Shown here: piece by piece, positions 50,886-64,000 of the stretch
Layout: each line of letters starts with the position of its first letter
Numbering within the stretch: position 1 is the stretch's first letter
Origin: Octopus bimaculoides
Lineage: Eukaryota
DNA: 64,000 nucleotides
NCBI RefSeq assembly: GCF_001194135.2
Contig: NC_068982.1
Span: 162,136,267-162,200,266 of the forward strand
Direction: 5' to 3'
The notes under the pieces: generated by a model
Database searches by the model: none
The model's input: the letters and a program-made list of their open reading frames with translations, nothing else
What the model was told of the DNA's origin: nothing
Program-made: the position numbers and the translations under genes

Positions 50886-53440
50886 TATTATTTTATCTGT
50901 ATAAATAATGGCTTGGTGAAGACCTGAATAGTTTCTGTATGTGCATTTTAGAAAACCTGCAGGTAAAATGGTTAAGGTCAACAAATGCTGTGTATTCAGG
51001 CCTTAGTATTGCTATATTCTGGAATGCCCATGTATTTATTCTTAGAGATAATCTATCAATATCTTTACAGAAGTGGTTGTGTATCATTTCAGTTGTACCA
51101 ATTAAAAATAGGATGATGGACACATGTTGGATTCCTACCACTGCTGAAAAATGATACCCTATTTATGACTGTTATTGCTCTGATCCTTATGCTCGTTGGT
51201 AACATTAATGTTACGATTATTATTACAAGCAATATTATTACTACAAGCATCATTACCATCATTTCCTCTATTTACAGCATTACTAAATAAATTGTAACAC
51301 ATAACGTTTACAGCTTCAATTTCTAACTTCATCAGCCAATGTCTTCCGTTACTGTGTGATTCATTGTTATCCTTCAGATGGCTAAATGTTTGTGCTTTTT
51401 GATCAGCTGTTCTATGTTCTGTGCAATTTAAAGTTGGGTATAGTTGTTTTCAGTGTTGATGTTGATTACCTTTATAATGTGGGAGCATTTAATACAGCTT
51501 TGTAGTGTCAGAAAACATTTAAACTCATTTGTTTTGTCCATCTTGTACTCCGCCTTATTGTCGCTGGATGTTGTTGTTGTATTCTTTATATCTTGAGAAA
51601 ACAAATATTTGTCCATTACTGTGTGCAATGTTGATGTTAATTGCATGAGCTCTAGTAAAAAAAAAAAAAGGTATATGTAATAAAATATATATTTTGAGGG
51701 ATTTCATATCTTCAAAATATATATTTTGAGGGATTTCATATCTTTCATAACCAACATGTTTGGTTGGCAAGAAAGTTCATTATCATCATTTTCATCATCA
51801 TCGTTATCGTTATAAAATGAGTGGCAGGTACATAACTGACTTTACCACTCTCCTACATATTTGTGGTGTTCTGCCAGTGTAAGAAACTATTGTTACTTTT
51901 ATTACCATCACTATCATCATCATCAGATATTACATTTGGTTCAAACAGAGGCCTGAACTTATGGCCATCAGTGATATCATGTAACTTAACCATCCATCGT
52001 ATTATTGGTAGCATAATATGTTAGTTCAAATAGAAATGGCTTTGTCCTTGGATCCAGTTAGACTGTTTGGTATGCAGACTCTAGTTGAGATGACTTTACT
52101 GCCAGCAGTGATTAAGTGTAAATATGTGAGTGACAGACAATCTATTTACATAAATAAAAAATGAAATGAGAATAATAAACTACTCTTTATTTCAAACTTA
52201 TATTTTCTTAAAAGAAGTCATTTTAAAAACTACAGCAAGTATTAATTACATTTGTGTGTTAGTAAAAGAAAACAATAGATCTGAAATCTGGCAGTGAAGT
52301 TCCTTCAACCAGTCCTCTTCTGGACCTCATTGATATATTTAAATTAAGGTATAATAGTCATCTTCATTCTTTCTTCAACTTTTCCTTATTATTAATAGTA
52401 TCAATATTATTCATTCTATCTATTATTATTCTTTCTTTACTAGTAAATATATTCTGATAGACTGAAGTAACATATTTTGCATTTTGAGAATTTATAATGT
52501 TATAAAACAACAAGGAATAGGTATGCATTGTTAATCATCCATCTTTCCTCCTATCCACCCACCCTAACACTAGCACAGCATTTTGTTTAGATGAATGAGC
52601 ATTTATTGCTTTGTTTTTCTTTTTCTTTTTTCACTGATTATTGTGTACAGATCTAGCTGTTTTACATTTCTTATCCTCGATATTTAGGGAATGGCTGAAA
52701 TTATTTTATAACTTTTGGCTATGTGACAAAGAAAAACCAACTATCCCGAAACAAAAATAAAAATATAAAAAAACACCTTATATATATATGGAAAGCGGAC
52801 GTTAAACGATGATGATGATGATGATNNNNNNNNNNAAGTTTCTGTTTCCTGAATAACATCAAAGAAAATTAGTATCAGAATCCTGTAACCACTGGTGTTA
52901 TTTCTCATGAGGTGTTAAATACCTATAATATTGACTAAGCGGTATTTGATACCAAGACTTAGGTATCAGACTAACACCGAATATTTTGTTCTTAATTTTT
53001 TTTTTTTTATGTAAAAAGTAATAATAATAATAATAATATGTAAAGTTGCTTTTTTTAAAAAAAAAAAAAAGAAATATTTTTTAATAATGCTGTTTGTCTG
53101 AAAGTGATCAAGAGTTAGTTTAGGTCTGTTTTGATCAGACAAAAAACCTAGATAATAGACATGTGTAAATTGTATCAATTGCATACATATGCTGATTGCA
53201 TTGAGCTGCTAGCAAGAGAAAGTAAAATAAAATAAATCAGTTTACAAGATCAGTTTTATGTTCAGAGACTTGTGTCAATTGTAATTCTCATTCAATAGTT
53301 CCTTCACCTAATCTATATTTCTTTGTACATTAAAAACAAACCTTTATTGTTGTTGTTATTAATATTATTATTATTATTATTATTATTATCATCACCATTA
53401 TTATCCCTTATGTGTATTTTTTTCTCCCCCTTCTCCTCAG

Positions 53441-53538
53441 TATGTTGTATTTCCATGAGCCTGTCAATTAAACATGGACTACACAGTCCAGAAGCTGTAA
53501 ATATAAACATTTAGTAGTGTCAAAGATTTCCGAATAAA
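53441..53538 (+). other. Candidate downstream terminal exon
   Basis: Strong ttttttctcccccttctcctcAG acceptor, stop at 53469-53471 (phase 2) or 53512-53514 (phase 1), AATAAA at 53533-53538. Confidence 0.25.
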
Positions 53539-53809
53539 ACTTGTTTTTGTTATATTAATCAAAAGCGTCATCATTTCTACCTATGCAGTTTTTTTTTTGT
53601 TTTTTTTTGTATTGTTTTGGAGTTAATTTTACATTAAAACAACAGGAGAAAGGAAGCATTATATTATTTTAAATTGTGTATTATTTGAAATAGTGATTGT
53701 AATATTACTAGATAAATGAATTAGTGATTTTAATATCACTAGTTACCTGAAATACTATTTAAATACTAACTTTTGTAAAACTAGATAATTCTTTGAAATG
53801 ATGACTCTG

Positions 53810-55140
53810 TCACTAGGTCTCTGAAATAGTGGCTATAGTTTAATTAGGTCACAAAACAAGGTGATTATAGTGTAAGTAGACTAAACATGGTGACTACAGT
53901 ACAAATAGATCACTAAACATGGAAACCATAGCATAAATAGGTCACAGAACATGGTGACTACAACATAAGTAGGTTATAAAAGATGGTTGCTATAGCATAA
54001 GTAGACCACAACATGAGGACTATACCATAAGTAGATCACAAAACATGGTGACTATAGCATAAGTAGGTCACACTATGGGGACTATATTATAAGTAGATCA
54101 CAGAATGTGTTGACTACAGCATAAGTAGGTCACAGGACATGGTGACTATAGCACAAATGGGTCACAAAACAGCAACCTGCAATGTAAATAGGTTACTGAA
54201 CATGGTTATTATAGTAAAGTAGTTCACAGAACATAGTGACTATAATGTAAGTAGATCACAGAGCAACAGTGACTGTGTAAATCAGGGGTTCTCAACCATT
54301 TTTTATCTATAGATCCCTTTGATTACTATTTTATTCTGGTGGACTTCCATAACCATTCGATGTTTAAAAATTAGTTTTTTAGAAACGGTTTTCAAAGTTC
54401 TTATTTTGTTTATTACACATTAATTTGTGTAGGTTGAACTATGTAAAATGTTAAAGAAACCTAGCTGTTTCTTGCAATACATACCAATACATACATCTAA
54501 AGCAAAATTTTTTAGGGGCCCTTAGAATACTGTTGTAGATCCCCAATTTATTTAGTTGTATGAACCCACAAAAATCTTATATGGACCCCAGTTGAGAACC
54601 ACAGAACATGCTGACTATTGCATAAGTAAGCCACAGAACATGGAGTTCATAACGTAAATAGGTCACAAAACAGTGACTGTAGTATAAGTAAGTTTTAGAG
54701 CATGATAATTATACTGTAATTAAGTGACTGAACTTTAGATAGTAAGTACAGTGTTAACAAAATATAGAACATGATGGCTGTATTGTAAGTAGGTGACAAA
54801 ACATGGTAACTGTATGTATGTAGTATTGGCGGATTGCTGAACAAAATGGTTACATTACTAGAACATAAATGGTGTCTATAATGTAAGTCAAAGTACGGTG
54901 GTAATTGGTTACATCATAGTGACTGTAATGTAACTGGGTTGTGGAATATGAAGGTTGCATAGTGACTATAGAGTAAGTAGGTCATTGAACACGACTATCT
55001 GTAGTGTAAGCCATGACATAACAACTATAGTGTACTTGGTTCATAGAATATGGTAACTACTGTGTAAGTCATGAAACATGATGACTTCTGTAAGTTACAA
55101 CATATAGTGTCTGCAAATGTAAATAGTGTCTGTAGTGTAT
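53810..55140. repeat. Degenerate ~32-bp minisatellite, consensus approx. AAGTAGGTCACAGAACATGGTGACTATAGCAT
   Basis: Dozens of tandem units, best conserved at 53870-54280 and decaying outward. Split by a MITE. Confidence 0.85.
54283..54604. mobile_element. hAT-like MITE inserted in a minisatellite
   Basis: TIR CAGGGGTTCTCAAC versus GTTGAGAACCACAG. No clear 8-bp TSD. Confidence 0.6.
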
Positions 55141-55180
55141 CTGTTAATATGGTCACTTATTATTACAGCAGCTATCTTAA

Positions 55181-55294
55181 CTCTTTAATCATGCATTATC
55201 TTGTAACTTTGAGATTTTGATGATGTAATTGTTTATAGTTAGAATAACAAGTAGAATACTTCGGCTGGACATGGCTGGTTTCAATACTAAGGTG
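55181..55294. mobile_element. Degenerate deletion derivative of the same TTAA MITE
   Basis: TTAA flanks at 55177-55180 and 55295-55298. Internal similarity to 12511-12727. Confidence 0.55.
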
Positions 55295-58256
55295 TTAAGT
55301 GTGTATTTTCTTTACCTTTTAGACATTTTTTAAGCATTTGAGGTAACTAGGTAAACATTAAACACTTAGGGGTTTATAATCAGCATATTAAACATTCAGG
55401 GTAATATGTAGTTCACTGGATATTTGAGGTGATATGCTGTGCACTGAACATTGAGCAGAAGTTAACTGATGGTACACTCAAAGAAGTTTATCAAGTAACA
55501 CACCGAACAGTTAGTCAAAACTAACATGTGGCACATTGAGTATTTTGGTAGGGATAACATGTAATACAGTGGGTACTTGAAGATGAGATGTATGTAACAC
55601 AGTAAAACAGTTTCGGCTAACATGTGGCACACTGCAATTTTTCTTTATTTTCATTTTTGTTATACTAAACATATTTAAGTAAGTTGTATTAAAAGAAATA
55701 TTTAACCATATTTTATCTGAATATTTTGTTTTATTTAAGCTTTATTATCAAATAATAATAATAATAATAATGGCTCAAAAAGATTGGTACAAAAGTAAAG
55801 ATAGAAACTTACAAAAATCATCATTGCTTGGAACTGCAAGAGTTCTCCACAGGGTTCTTGAAGCATGATAAGTAAACAAGTGTCCCCTTAGTCTGCTGGC
55901 TGTGGGCAGCTGACACTTTCCATCATATGCAACAAACTAAGCTGAGGATTTTCATCAAATGATATTAATATGGAAGTATAAACTATAATAAATTATTTTA
56001 ATGTGAAGATAATGTTCCTAAGTCTTTTAAATTTGTCAATGCTACTACATGATATTATTATATCATAATAATAATGATAATAATTCTTGCTGACAAAAGC
56101 ACAAAGCCAGAAATTTGGTGGTTGGAGTATTAGTTACTTAAATCAATCATAGTACATGACTGGTATTTTATTTGATCGATACTGGAGTGATGAAAAGCAA
56201 AGTTGAATCTGGTGGAAATTAAACTAAGAATATAAAGAGCAGGTACAAATATGTCAAGAAAGTTTTGCAGAATCATTAAAACATCAAACAAAATACCTTG
56301 TGGTATTTATTCCCACAATTTATATTCTAATGTCAACTTTGCATCTCATCCCCCACCAGGGTCAGTGAAGAAAAAAAAGACCAGTCAATTACTGGGAAAG
56401 ATGTAATCAACAACCTTTCCACTCAAAATTGTTGGTCTTGTACCTACATTAGAAATAAATAAAAATAACAACAATAAAAACAAAAATATTAATTTTCTAA
56501 ATGGTGTGTGTGTGTGCATATGAATTGACTGAATATTCCCATCATCATGGCTAAGGGTTTAGCAGGACATGGCTTATTCACAGCTGCTAGTCCTCACCAC
56601 ACAATGCAGTCTTTTGCTGCAGATGTAGTCTTTGCTAGGAACCTCTCTGTCCAGTCCCTGATGTCCTCACCCTATTTTTGTTTTTATCATCCACAAATTT
56701 ATTTTCCTTCTATCCAGCACCCCCTCCTACCAAAGATGCAGGTAGAAATGTTCTGGGCCCTAACACATGACCATAATATTGCAATTTCTACCATCTTATC
56801 AATATCACCAACTTTAGCACTCATCTCACTGAATCATACATATTTGGATACCTAACTATCTGCATTGCTCATCATCATCATCATCATCATTATTATCATC
56901 ATTATCATCTAATGTCTAACAGGTCTGAAGACTGCATGATGTTCCAATGTCTGCTTTGGCATGTTTTTTTTTTTTTATGGCTGGATGCCTTTTTTAATGC
57001 CAACTATTTTACAGTGTACTTGGTGCTTTTTTTATAGCACCAACACTAGTGAGGTCAGTATGCAGCCTGCAAGACGAAGATCCCCTTTGACTGAGTAAGG
57101 TAACAGTAGAGAGGGACATGGGTTTATGCTGTTGGATGAGGAGTTTAAGTGTGGGAGAAGGGGGCCAGAACAGTACGGGCTTCTTGCTGCAGAGAAGCTA
57201 CTCACATTATAGCAGAAAGGGGGAGTGGAGCTGGAGAAAGATAAAAATAGTGGTGATGAAGTGTGAGTGGACCTTCAAGATAGAAGGTGAGTAGATGTGT
57301 GTGAAGACTGGAAGTGTGGGTGTGTAAATGTTGAGAGTGAGAAATGGTTACAGTTCAGGAAAGAGAGGATGAATATAATCTTTTCTACTCTATGCACAAG
57401 GCCTGAAATTTTTGAGGAGAGGGCCAGTCGATTAGATCAACCCCAGTACACAACTGGTTCTTAATTTATCGACCCCGAAAAGACGAAAGGTAAAGTTGAC
57501 CTTGGCAGAAGAGGGTGAATATAATGAAGAACAAATGTTGAAGGATGATATGTAAAGAAGAGAGAGAAGTAGGTTACATCTGTAGAAATTGAGTAGGCTA
57601 AGGAGTGACCAATAATACATATGAAATAGGGGAGCGCAGATAACCCATAGTGTGGAAAAAGTGGATTGAAGAGCAACAGAATAATGGCAGTAATAATAAT
57701 AATAATAATGATATGCTAGACAGGGGATGAATGTGGGAGAAAAGGGTAGAGAGAGAGATGTGGTTGTGTAAATTGTAAGTGTGAGGCAGACATAGGAAAT
57801 GTGGTGAAGAAGAGATGTATAGTGATGGAGGAGATATAATTTAGTGCCTCAGGAGGGTGATCAGTGTGAAATGTGAGTGGAGAGGACAGCATTAAGACGA
57901 AAGATGAATAATAAGCAAACTGGTTCTGGACAAAGGCTCCAGACCAACAAAAGCCTTGGAAGTAGATTTGGTTCATGGAAACTGAAAGAAGGCTGTTGTG
58001 TGTGTGCATTTATTTACCTTTGTAACCATTTGTATGAAAGTGAAGCTTGTGGTATTGTCAATTTTTCCTATCAACAAATCATCCAGGCACTTCATGCTTT
58101 CAAAGCTGTATGCAATATGGGATCCCTTACTTAAAAAAAAAAACATAAAGATCAGCATCAGGAAGAGCATCCAGCTATAAAACAGTGCCTCCAATTACAT
58201 ATTGATCTAACCCATGCAAGAATGTAAAACAAATGAACCAATATAATATATACATG

Positions 58257-58300
<44 letters not shown>

Positions 58301-59004
58301 NNNNNNNNNNNNNNNNNNNNNNNNNNNNNNNNNNNNNNNNNNNNNNNNNNNNNNNNNNNNNNNNNNNNNNNNNNNNNNNNNNNNNNNNNNNNNNNNNNNN
58401 NNNNNNNNNNNNNNNNNNNNNNNNNNNNNNNNNNNNNNNNNNNNNNNNNNNNNNNNNNNNNNNNNNNNNNNNNNNNNNNNNNNNNNNNNNNNNNNNNNNN
58501 NNNNNNNNNNNNNNNNNNNNNNNNNNNNNNNNNNNNNNNNNNNNNNNNNNNNNNNNNNNNNNNNNNNNNNNNNNNNNNNNNNNNNNNNNNNNNNNNNNNN
58601 NNNNNNNNNNNNNNNNNNNNNNNNNNNNNNNNNNNNNNNNNNNNNNNNNNNNNNNNNNNNNNNNNNNNNNNNNNNNNNNNNNNNNNNNNNNNNNNNNNNN
58701 NNNNNNNNNNNNNNNNNNNNNNNNNNNNNNNNNNNNNNNNNNNNNNNNNNNNNNNNNNNNNNNNNNNNNNNNNNNNNNNNNNNNNNNNNNNNNNNNNNNN
58801 NNNNNNNNNNNNNNNNNNNNNNNNNNNNNNNNNNNNNNNNNNNNNNNNNNNNNNNNNNNNNNNNNNNNNNNNNNNNNNNNNNNNNNNNNNNNNNNNNNNN
58901 NNNNNNNNNNNNNNNNNNNNNNNNNNNNNNNNNNNNNNNNNNNNNNNNNNNNNNNNNNNNNNNNNNNNNNNNNNNNNNNNNNNNNNNNNNNNNNNNNNNN
59001 NNNN
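58301..59004. other. Assembly gap (others: 3195-3771, 8347-8507, 15549-15794, 21263-21272, 25961-25970, 46387-46718, 52826-52835)
   Basis: Runs of N, most flanked by microsatellites. Exons could be hidden inside them. Confidence 1.
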
Positions 59005-59294
59005 NTAGAGTAACAGTATAGTGGTACAGACAACAACAGAATTCTAACTAATGTTTACACAATAAGAGGTATGTTAATAAAATAAAATGAGATGTAGTTA
59101 TCTTCCACAAAAATCATGAAATAATATGTTGTTGCCACATTTGTAATATGTCTTTTTTTCTACATTTTTTCGTGCAGCTGAAGATTGCTCTTCATATTGC
59201 ATTTAAGGTAATGCTCACATTACTTAAATAAATTGAAGTAGCATGAAACGTGCGTACTGCAATCACTTTTGAAACCCGTGTTGCTTATTGTTTG

Positions 59295-59334
<40 letters not shown>

Positions 59335-59689
59335 CTTTGATTTGCTCTTATGAGCAAAATTTTAAGTCAGGTCAATGACATAATCACAGTATACTTTGTG
59401 TAGATGACATCTTGCCAACAACTTCATAGCAGGTGTACTCATTCGCTACATAAGGGGCTTCCGAGGAACTGATGTGTTGTAGGTGATAAAAAAGAAAACT
59501 GTAGGCATACATACTGATGAAGTTCCTTTGTTTCCAAATATCAGCTATGTTGTACAACAAACATTTGGACCAATTTACATGGGAGTCTTGTCTTGTGGTC
59601 CATTATGGTTCATATCGAGATGCAAGAGGAGTTCTGCCTGGTCTTTCATTATCAGCAATCTCTTGAACAAGAAGAAGGGATATAGAAAC

Positions 59690-60900
59690 AGATTCTTCAT
59701 CAAGGAATGCAACTTTGAGGCAGTTAATACTAATTGTCTGATACTGATCTTTGATAAGTAAGACTTAATATTTGGGTGTGCGATGAACAAGGTATAGTCT
59801 CCAGATATAGTGGCTAAAGTGCTTTTCTGAATGAATCATGTACAAAAACATGAGTTCATTTTTTGTATTCTTTCAAGACCATCAAAACTGTTGATGGTAT
59901 AGACTCATTGAAGAGATGTCTGTCATGTTTCAATTGGCCAACACATATAGTCAAATCTTGTGGTTTAGTTCCTGCATTAGTGTGATCAACTGTTCAGGTA
60001 ATCTAAGTGTAGTTCCATAAACCAGTTCTGCAGTGGTACAACCTAAGTCAGCCTTTATCATTTCACATATGCTGAGTAGAACCACAGGGACCATCTTACA
60101 GCAATGTTTAGAGTTCAGCTGATGATGGAACGCCTCAACCATTCCATGAGCCTGAAGGTGATAGGCTATTGTGCATATGTTGGTATCCATATAGGTTGGT
60201 CACTGCAACAAAAAAAGTGGATTGAAGCTGTCTCAGCCATGTGTAATAGCAGAAGCACCAAATCAAGGCAATTTTCTAATAAAGTTCTTGCTACTGTCTC
60301 TGCTGTAACATCTGTGATAGGTAGAGCCTTTGGTCATCATGTATAGTGATTCTCATACATCAGCAAATAGATGCAATTCCTTGAAAGGGAAAGGGTCCAA
60401 TCCAATGATGAAGCCTAGTGTCTGGTGTGGAAAATGTACCAAGAAATGATTTCACATGTTGGATAACTTTGACTTAGCATTTCCAGTAGTTCCATGTCCA
60501 CATACATGCATCATGAATAATTCCAGGCCATGTATATTTTGAGGTAATTAATTTCTGGATGCAATAGATTGCACAGAATGCCAACGACAGTTTGTCAGTG
60601 GCCTTTATGAACAAATGGACAAGGGGATCAGGTTGATGTGTCACACCAGATATGATTATCACCCTTAAGGAGAAATACTACCTCAAAAGTGAGAGAGAAA
60701 GTGTGACCTAACAGTGATTGAAGCTACTTCTTACCTTCCTGATCAACTGTGATAAATTTGAAATCAATATTTGAAACCATGTGTGGAACTGACATTTCCA
60801 GTTGCAAAAGATATGTCAGCCGCAATACTGTCTTTGCCCAGACATGTCTGATGTTTGATAGAAACTGAAACAAGTAATCTATGTATCTCACTTCTCTGGA
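59690..60900 (-). mobile_element. Ty3/Gypsy pol relic (end of RNase H plus integrase), frameshifted
   Basis: Fragments GKDSIAAD, IWCDTST, KYTWPGI, AETVART, AYHLQAHGMVEAFHHQL, AELVYGTTLRLP, HVFV and ISINCLKVAFLD occur in canonical pol order. Confidence 0.88.
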
Positions 60901-61769
60901 AGACTGCTGATCCAGTTTTGATAAATTGGCAAAAACCAGGGACTTTTGGGCAGTTTAGATTTTTAAACTCCATTTTACTAGCACTGTTGGAAATGATTCA
61001 CTGCCAATTAAATATAATTATGTTGTATTTTGTGGCTGAAAAAATATATGATGCAGACAGAAAATGTTCAAACATTTTGTTTTTATGAAGTACAAATGCT
61101 TTAAAAAATATGTTACCAATAAGACAAGTACAAACATTTATTCATTAAGCATCAAAAAATAATGTTGAGACAAAGACAAAAGAGATGAGTGAACAAAGGG
61201 ACTTATATTTTGTTTGCCAAAATTAAGTGGTATTTATACTTTTGGAAGCTGCAAGACTAAATTGACAAACTGAGTAACAACCAATGAGATATCAAGGAAA
61301 TGGTCAATCAGTTGAAAGCAAAGGCATGGTTTCAGTCACTCCTATCAACAGAACTATTTATGTTAATAACATCACACTTAACTTTACATGCAAGACATCT
61401 GGTTAGCAACCTCATACTAGGTTCCCAGTCACATGCACACACATACATACACAAAACACACATACACACCAGTATGGGCAAATGTCTTCTACTATAACTC
61501 TGAGCTTACTAAAGCCCTAGGAATGAAATTGGTAGACAGAAACTGAAAGAAGCCCATCATGTGTGTGTGTCTCTCTGCTCATGTCTTGATAAGTGCAATC
61601 TTCCATGTAAAAAATGGAAAAGTTTGATTCAACAAATTTCATCTAGCCCATGTGAGCACAGAAAAGTAGACATTAAAAGATGATGATATAAGGGATAGTA
61701 GAATCAGTATGCTGAAAAACAATATATAAAGAAAGAAAATCACAACTCTTTACAGAGGAGTTTAAGACT

Positions 61770-62330
61770 GGCTGCTTGTAGGAACTCCTATGCTGATGAC
61801 TTCTTCAGTAGCATCTATAGAATTTGAGAAGAAATTCCACTCAGGGAAGCACAATCTGAAATTGAAGAGCCTTAATGCTTAGCAATGAAAGACTAAAGTT
61901 TAATAAGTAGGGGGAAAGACATAGCCCTGCTATAATCAAGGGAAAAGCTATGTTCAGTATGCAGAAAAGTAATTGAAATTTAGTGTAAACAGTGGATGCA
62001 TAAGAGGCACAGTGGAATCACAGGTAGATTAAAAGGGAGGGTAGACTTCTCACATAGCAAGTGCATACATGGTCACAATAATCACTGAGAATACCCTGGA
62101 AATACATTCTCTCAAATATCCATGTAGTTCCCTAAAAGTAATAGACAGTTACTGCTTTGTAGGTAATCTAATCAGTTGTGGGGGATTGTCTGGCAAATAG
62201 AGCATCCAGAGTAAGAACAGGCTGGAAAATGTTTAGGGAGCCATTGTATCTGCTGGCAACAAAGGGCTTCTTTCTCTGAGTGAAAAGCAGTTTATGTGAT
62301 ATTTGTGTGTTAATTGCAGTGCTGCATGGT
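61770..62330 (+). mobile_element. RTE-clade LINE relic
   Basis: Degenerate GC..EL.YADD and following C-terminal motifs. Confidence 0.7.
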
Positions 62331-62539
62331 AGTACACCCTTAACATATCTTGCCCTTGTTTTGCTACCATGCAACATTGCATTTCATCCACAAACATCAT
62401 ACAACCCAATCTGCTTTTTGTGCAGAGAGAATGCTTTTATTGCTAAAAGAGGTAAACTTCTGTTTTTGCTAAGTTTACTTTGAAACCTCTTGATTCCAGA
62501 TTTTGAGTTTCTCTAATTTTTCAACAGATGCACCTGTGC

Positions 62540-63520
62540 GATCATGGTGGTCATCATACAAGGCTTGCATGTGTTAAAGGCTTTCTCAAAGTCAGTGAAT
62601 GATAGCGAGAGTGACTTATTCTTATCTAAGTATTTCTTTTTTAGTTATCTCGTTAATAAGAGGGCATCAGTTGCACCCTTCCTAGGATAGATAAATTCAA
62701 ACTGTATCTCTAAATTAATTCTCTTCCCGGCTGGTTGTGCTGTAGCTCTTTCTGTTGCTGTCATAACCTGGCCCATCAATTTGATGCCTGTCTAGTTTGT
62801 TTCTTCTTTTAAGAGCACTTTCTTTGTTCTAACAATCAATGATATTACTATTTCAGTCACTGAATATGACATTTCCCTGAATTATGTGATTTATGAAGGT
62901 GACATGTGCATATCTTATGTCACTGAATATTTTCAGTACTTAGGGTAGACTCTCTTCTCATGCATTCTCATTCAGTGATCTCTCGTGACACTTGCATGTC
63001 TCTTTATTCTAAGCACCAGTACAGGCAAGTGCACTGCTATCATTCTGTACACATTTCCCCTCAATGATGTCATGATTCACACTGACACACTTCTTTACAA
63101 TCCAGCTCACAACTCTGGTCTTCTTACTGAGAGAATTCCATCAAACAGGTAGTCTTCTTTTAGCTATCTTATTCTGTTTCGTGCTTTGATTTTCTCTCAT
63201 CTCTCCAGACCTGCCTTTTGGCTTTTATGATTCTAGTATTTCCTTATCATGTCCTTCCATTTGGAAAGACCTTGCTCCATTCACTGATCTGCTCTGTGGT
63301 TCTCAGCAGTTTGTCTTGTAGAAATTCCGACTTGTCCTCTATGTTATAAGTCTCTGTTTTTCCTTCTTCTCATCATACACATCAACTAATGTCTGGCCGG
63401 AAAATCTTTCAGCTTCCATGCCTTCCTTCTTTAGATTGTCCAGGTGTCTCAGAGTCCATCTAGCACTTATCCTGAGGTTGCTGATTATTTCTCTCTATAT
63501 TAGTTTCACAGTGATTATAA
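62540..63520 (-). mobile_element. RTE-clade LINE relic (linker plus start of RT)
   Basis: PRKGATDALLL...KKYL..NK...FTDFEKAF corresponds to the RT motif GTTDAIF...FVDLEKAFD. Confidence 0.75.
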
Positions 63521-63965
63521 AGTTAATCCAGCTAGCATATTCTTCTATTTGGTAAGTGATCAGGTGGCTAGTTGGTTTCTGAAGTTAACATTGCAAATTG
63601 TTCAATCATTTGTATCACAAACTCCAAGAGCATTTGTCCTTCCTCAATTCTTGTAAAATAGCCTCACAGTTTTGCTGAACATTTTTATGTGTGTCAGGTG
63701 CAGGTGAGGTATTGTGATTAAGAAGTTTGCTTTGCAGGTTTTGAGTTCCATCCCACTCTGTGATGCCTAAAATATGTGCTTTCTTCTAGAGCTTCAGGTT
63801 AACTAAAACTTTCTAAGTGGAATTTTAGAGATGGAAACCTTGCAGATGCTCATTAGGTGTGTGTGTGTGTGTGTGTATGTTAATGTATTGTCACATCAGT
63901 TTAAAAGAGAAAAGCAGGTGTTGCATTAAGAACTAATTTAACCACTTGCTGAAATAATCAAGTTG

Positions 63966-64000
<35 letters not shown>

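Noticed and set aside
50893-51154. Overlapping ORFs on both strands
   Set aside because: No recognisable domain and no consistent splice partners.
53810-55140. CRISPR-like array
   Set aside because: Units are contiguous with no unique spacers, there are no cas genes, and the context is eukaryotic.
59178-59207. 30-nt AG/GT-bounded micro-exon LKIALHIAFK
   Set aside because: From the phase-2 Trio donor it gives an immediate TGA. No homology or partner exon was found.

Overview
AT-rich, microsatellite- and SINE-dense eukaryotic DNA with 8 assembly gaps. The repeat families and microsatellite load suggest a coleoid cephalopod, probably Octopus (inference, not verified). The main feature is the 3' part of a plus-strand Trio/Kalirin (UNC-73-like) RhoGEF gene. 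Thirteen GT-AG exons between 3983 and 45159 splice in phase into about 495 aa: the pre-GEF2 linker (PPPMAIQEH, DLATALENIVKQKM), the second DH domain, its PH domain and the ALQSPIAYQ helix that matches the Galpha-q-binding extension of Trio/p63RhoGEF. The most interesting signal is a possible isoform switch in the intron between the linker and GEF2. It holds a candidate alternative terminal exon with AATAAA (20828-21070), then a perfect CRE palindrome (22493), then a candidate alternative first coding exon (22980-23057) in phase with the GEF2 exons. The last recognisable exon has a stop codon built into its donor site and is followed by about 4 kb of 3'UTR-like sequence in which I recognise no SINEs. 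The introns and downstream region contain a terminally complete but decayed IS630/Tc1-like element whose transposase carries a 79-bp spliceosomal intron, a second Tc1 relic, several RTE LINE relics, a Gypsy pol relic, piggyBac-, pogo- and hAT-type MITEs, two SINE families (one forming a tail-to-tail hairpin), local direct duplications and a palindromic 32-bp minisatellite. No rRNA, tRNA gene or CRISPR array is supported.
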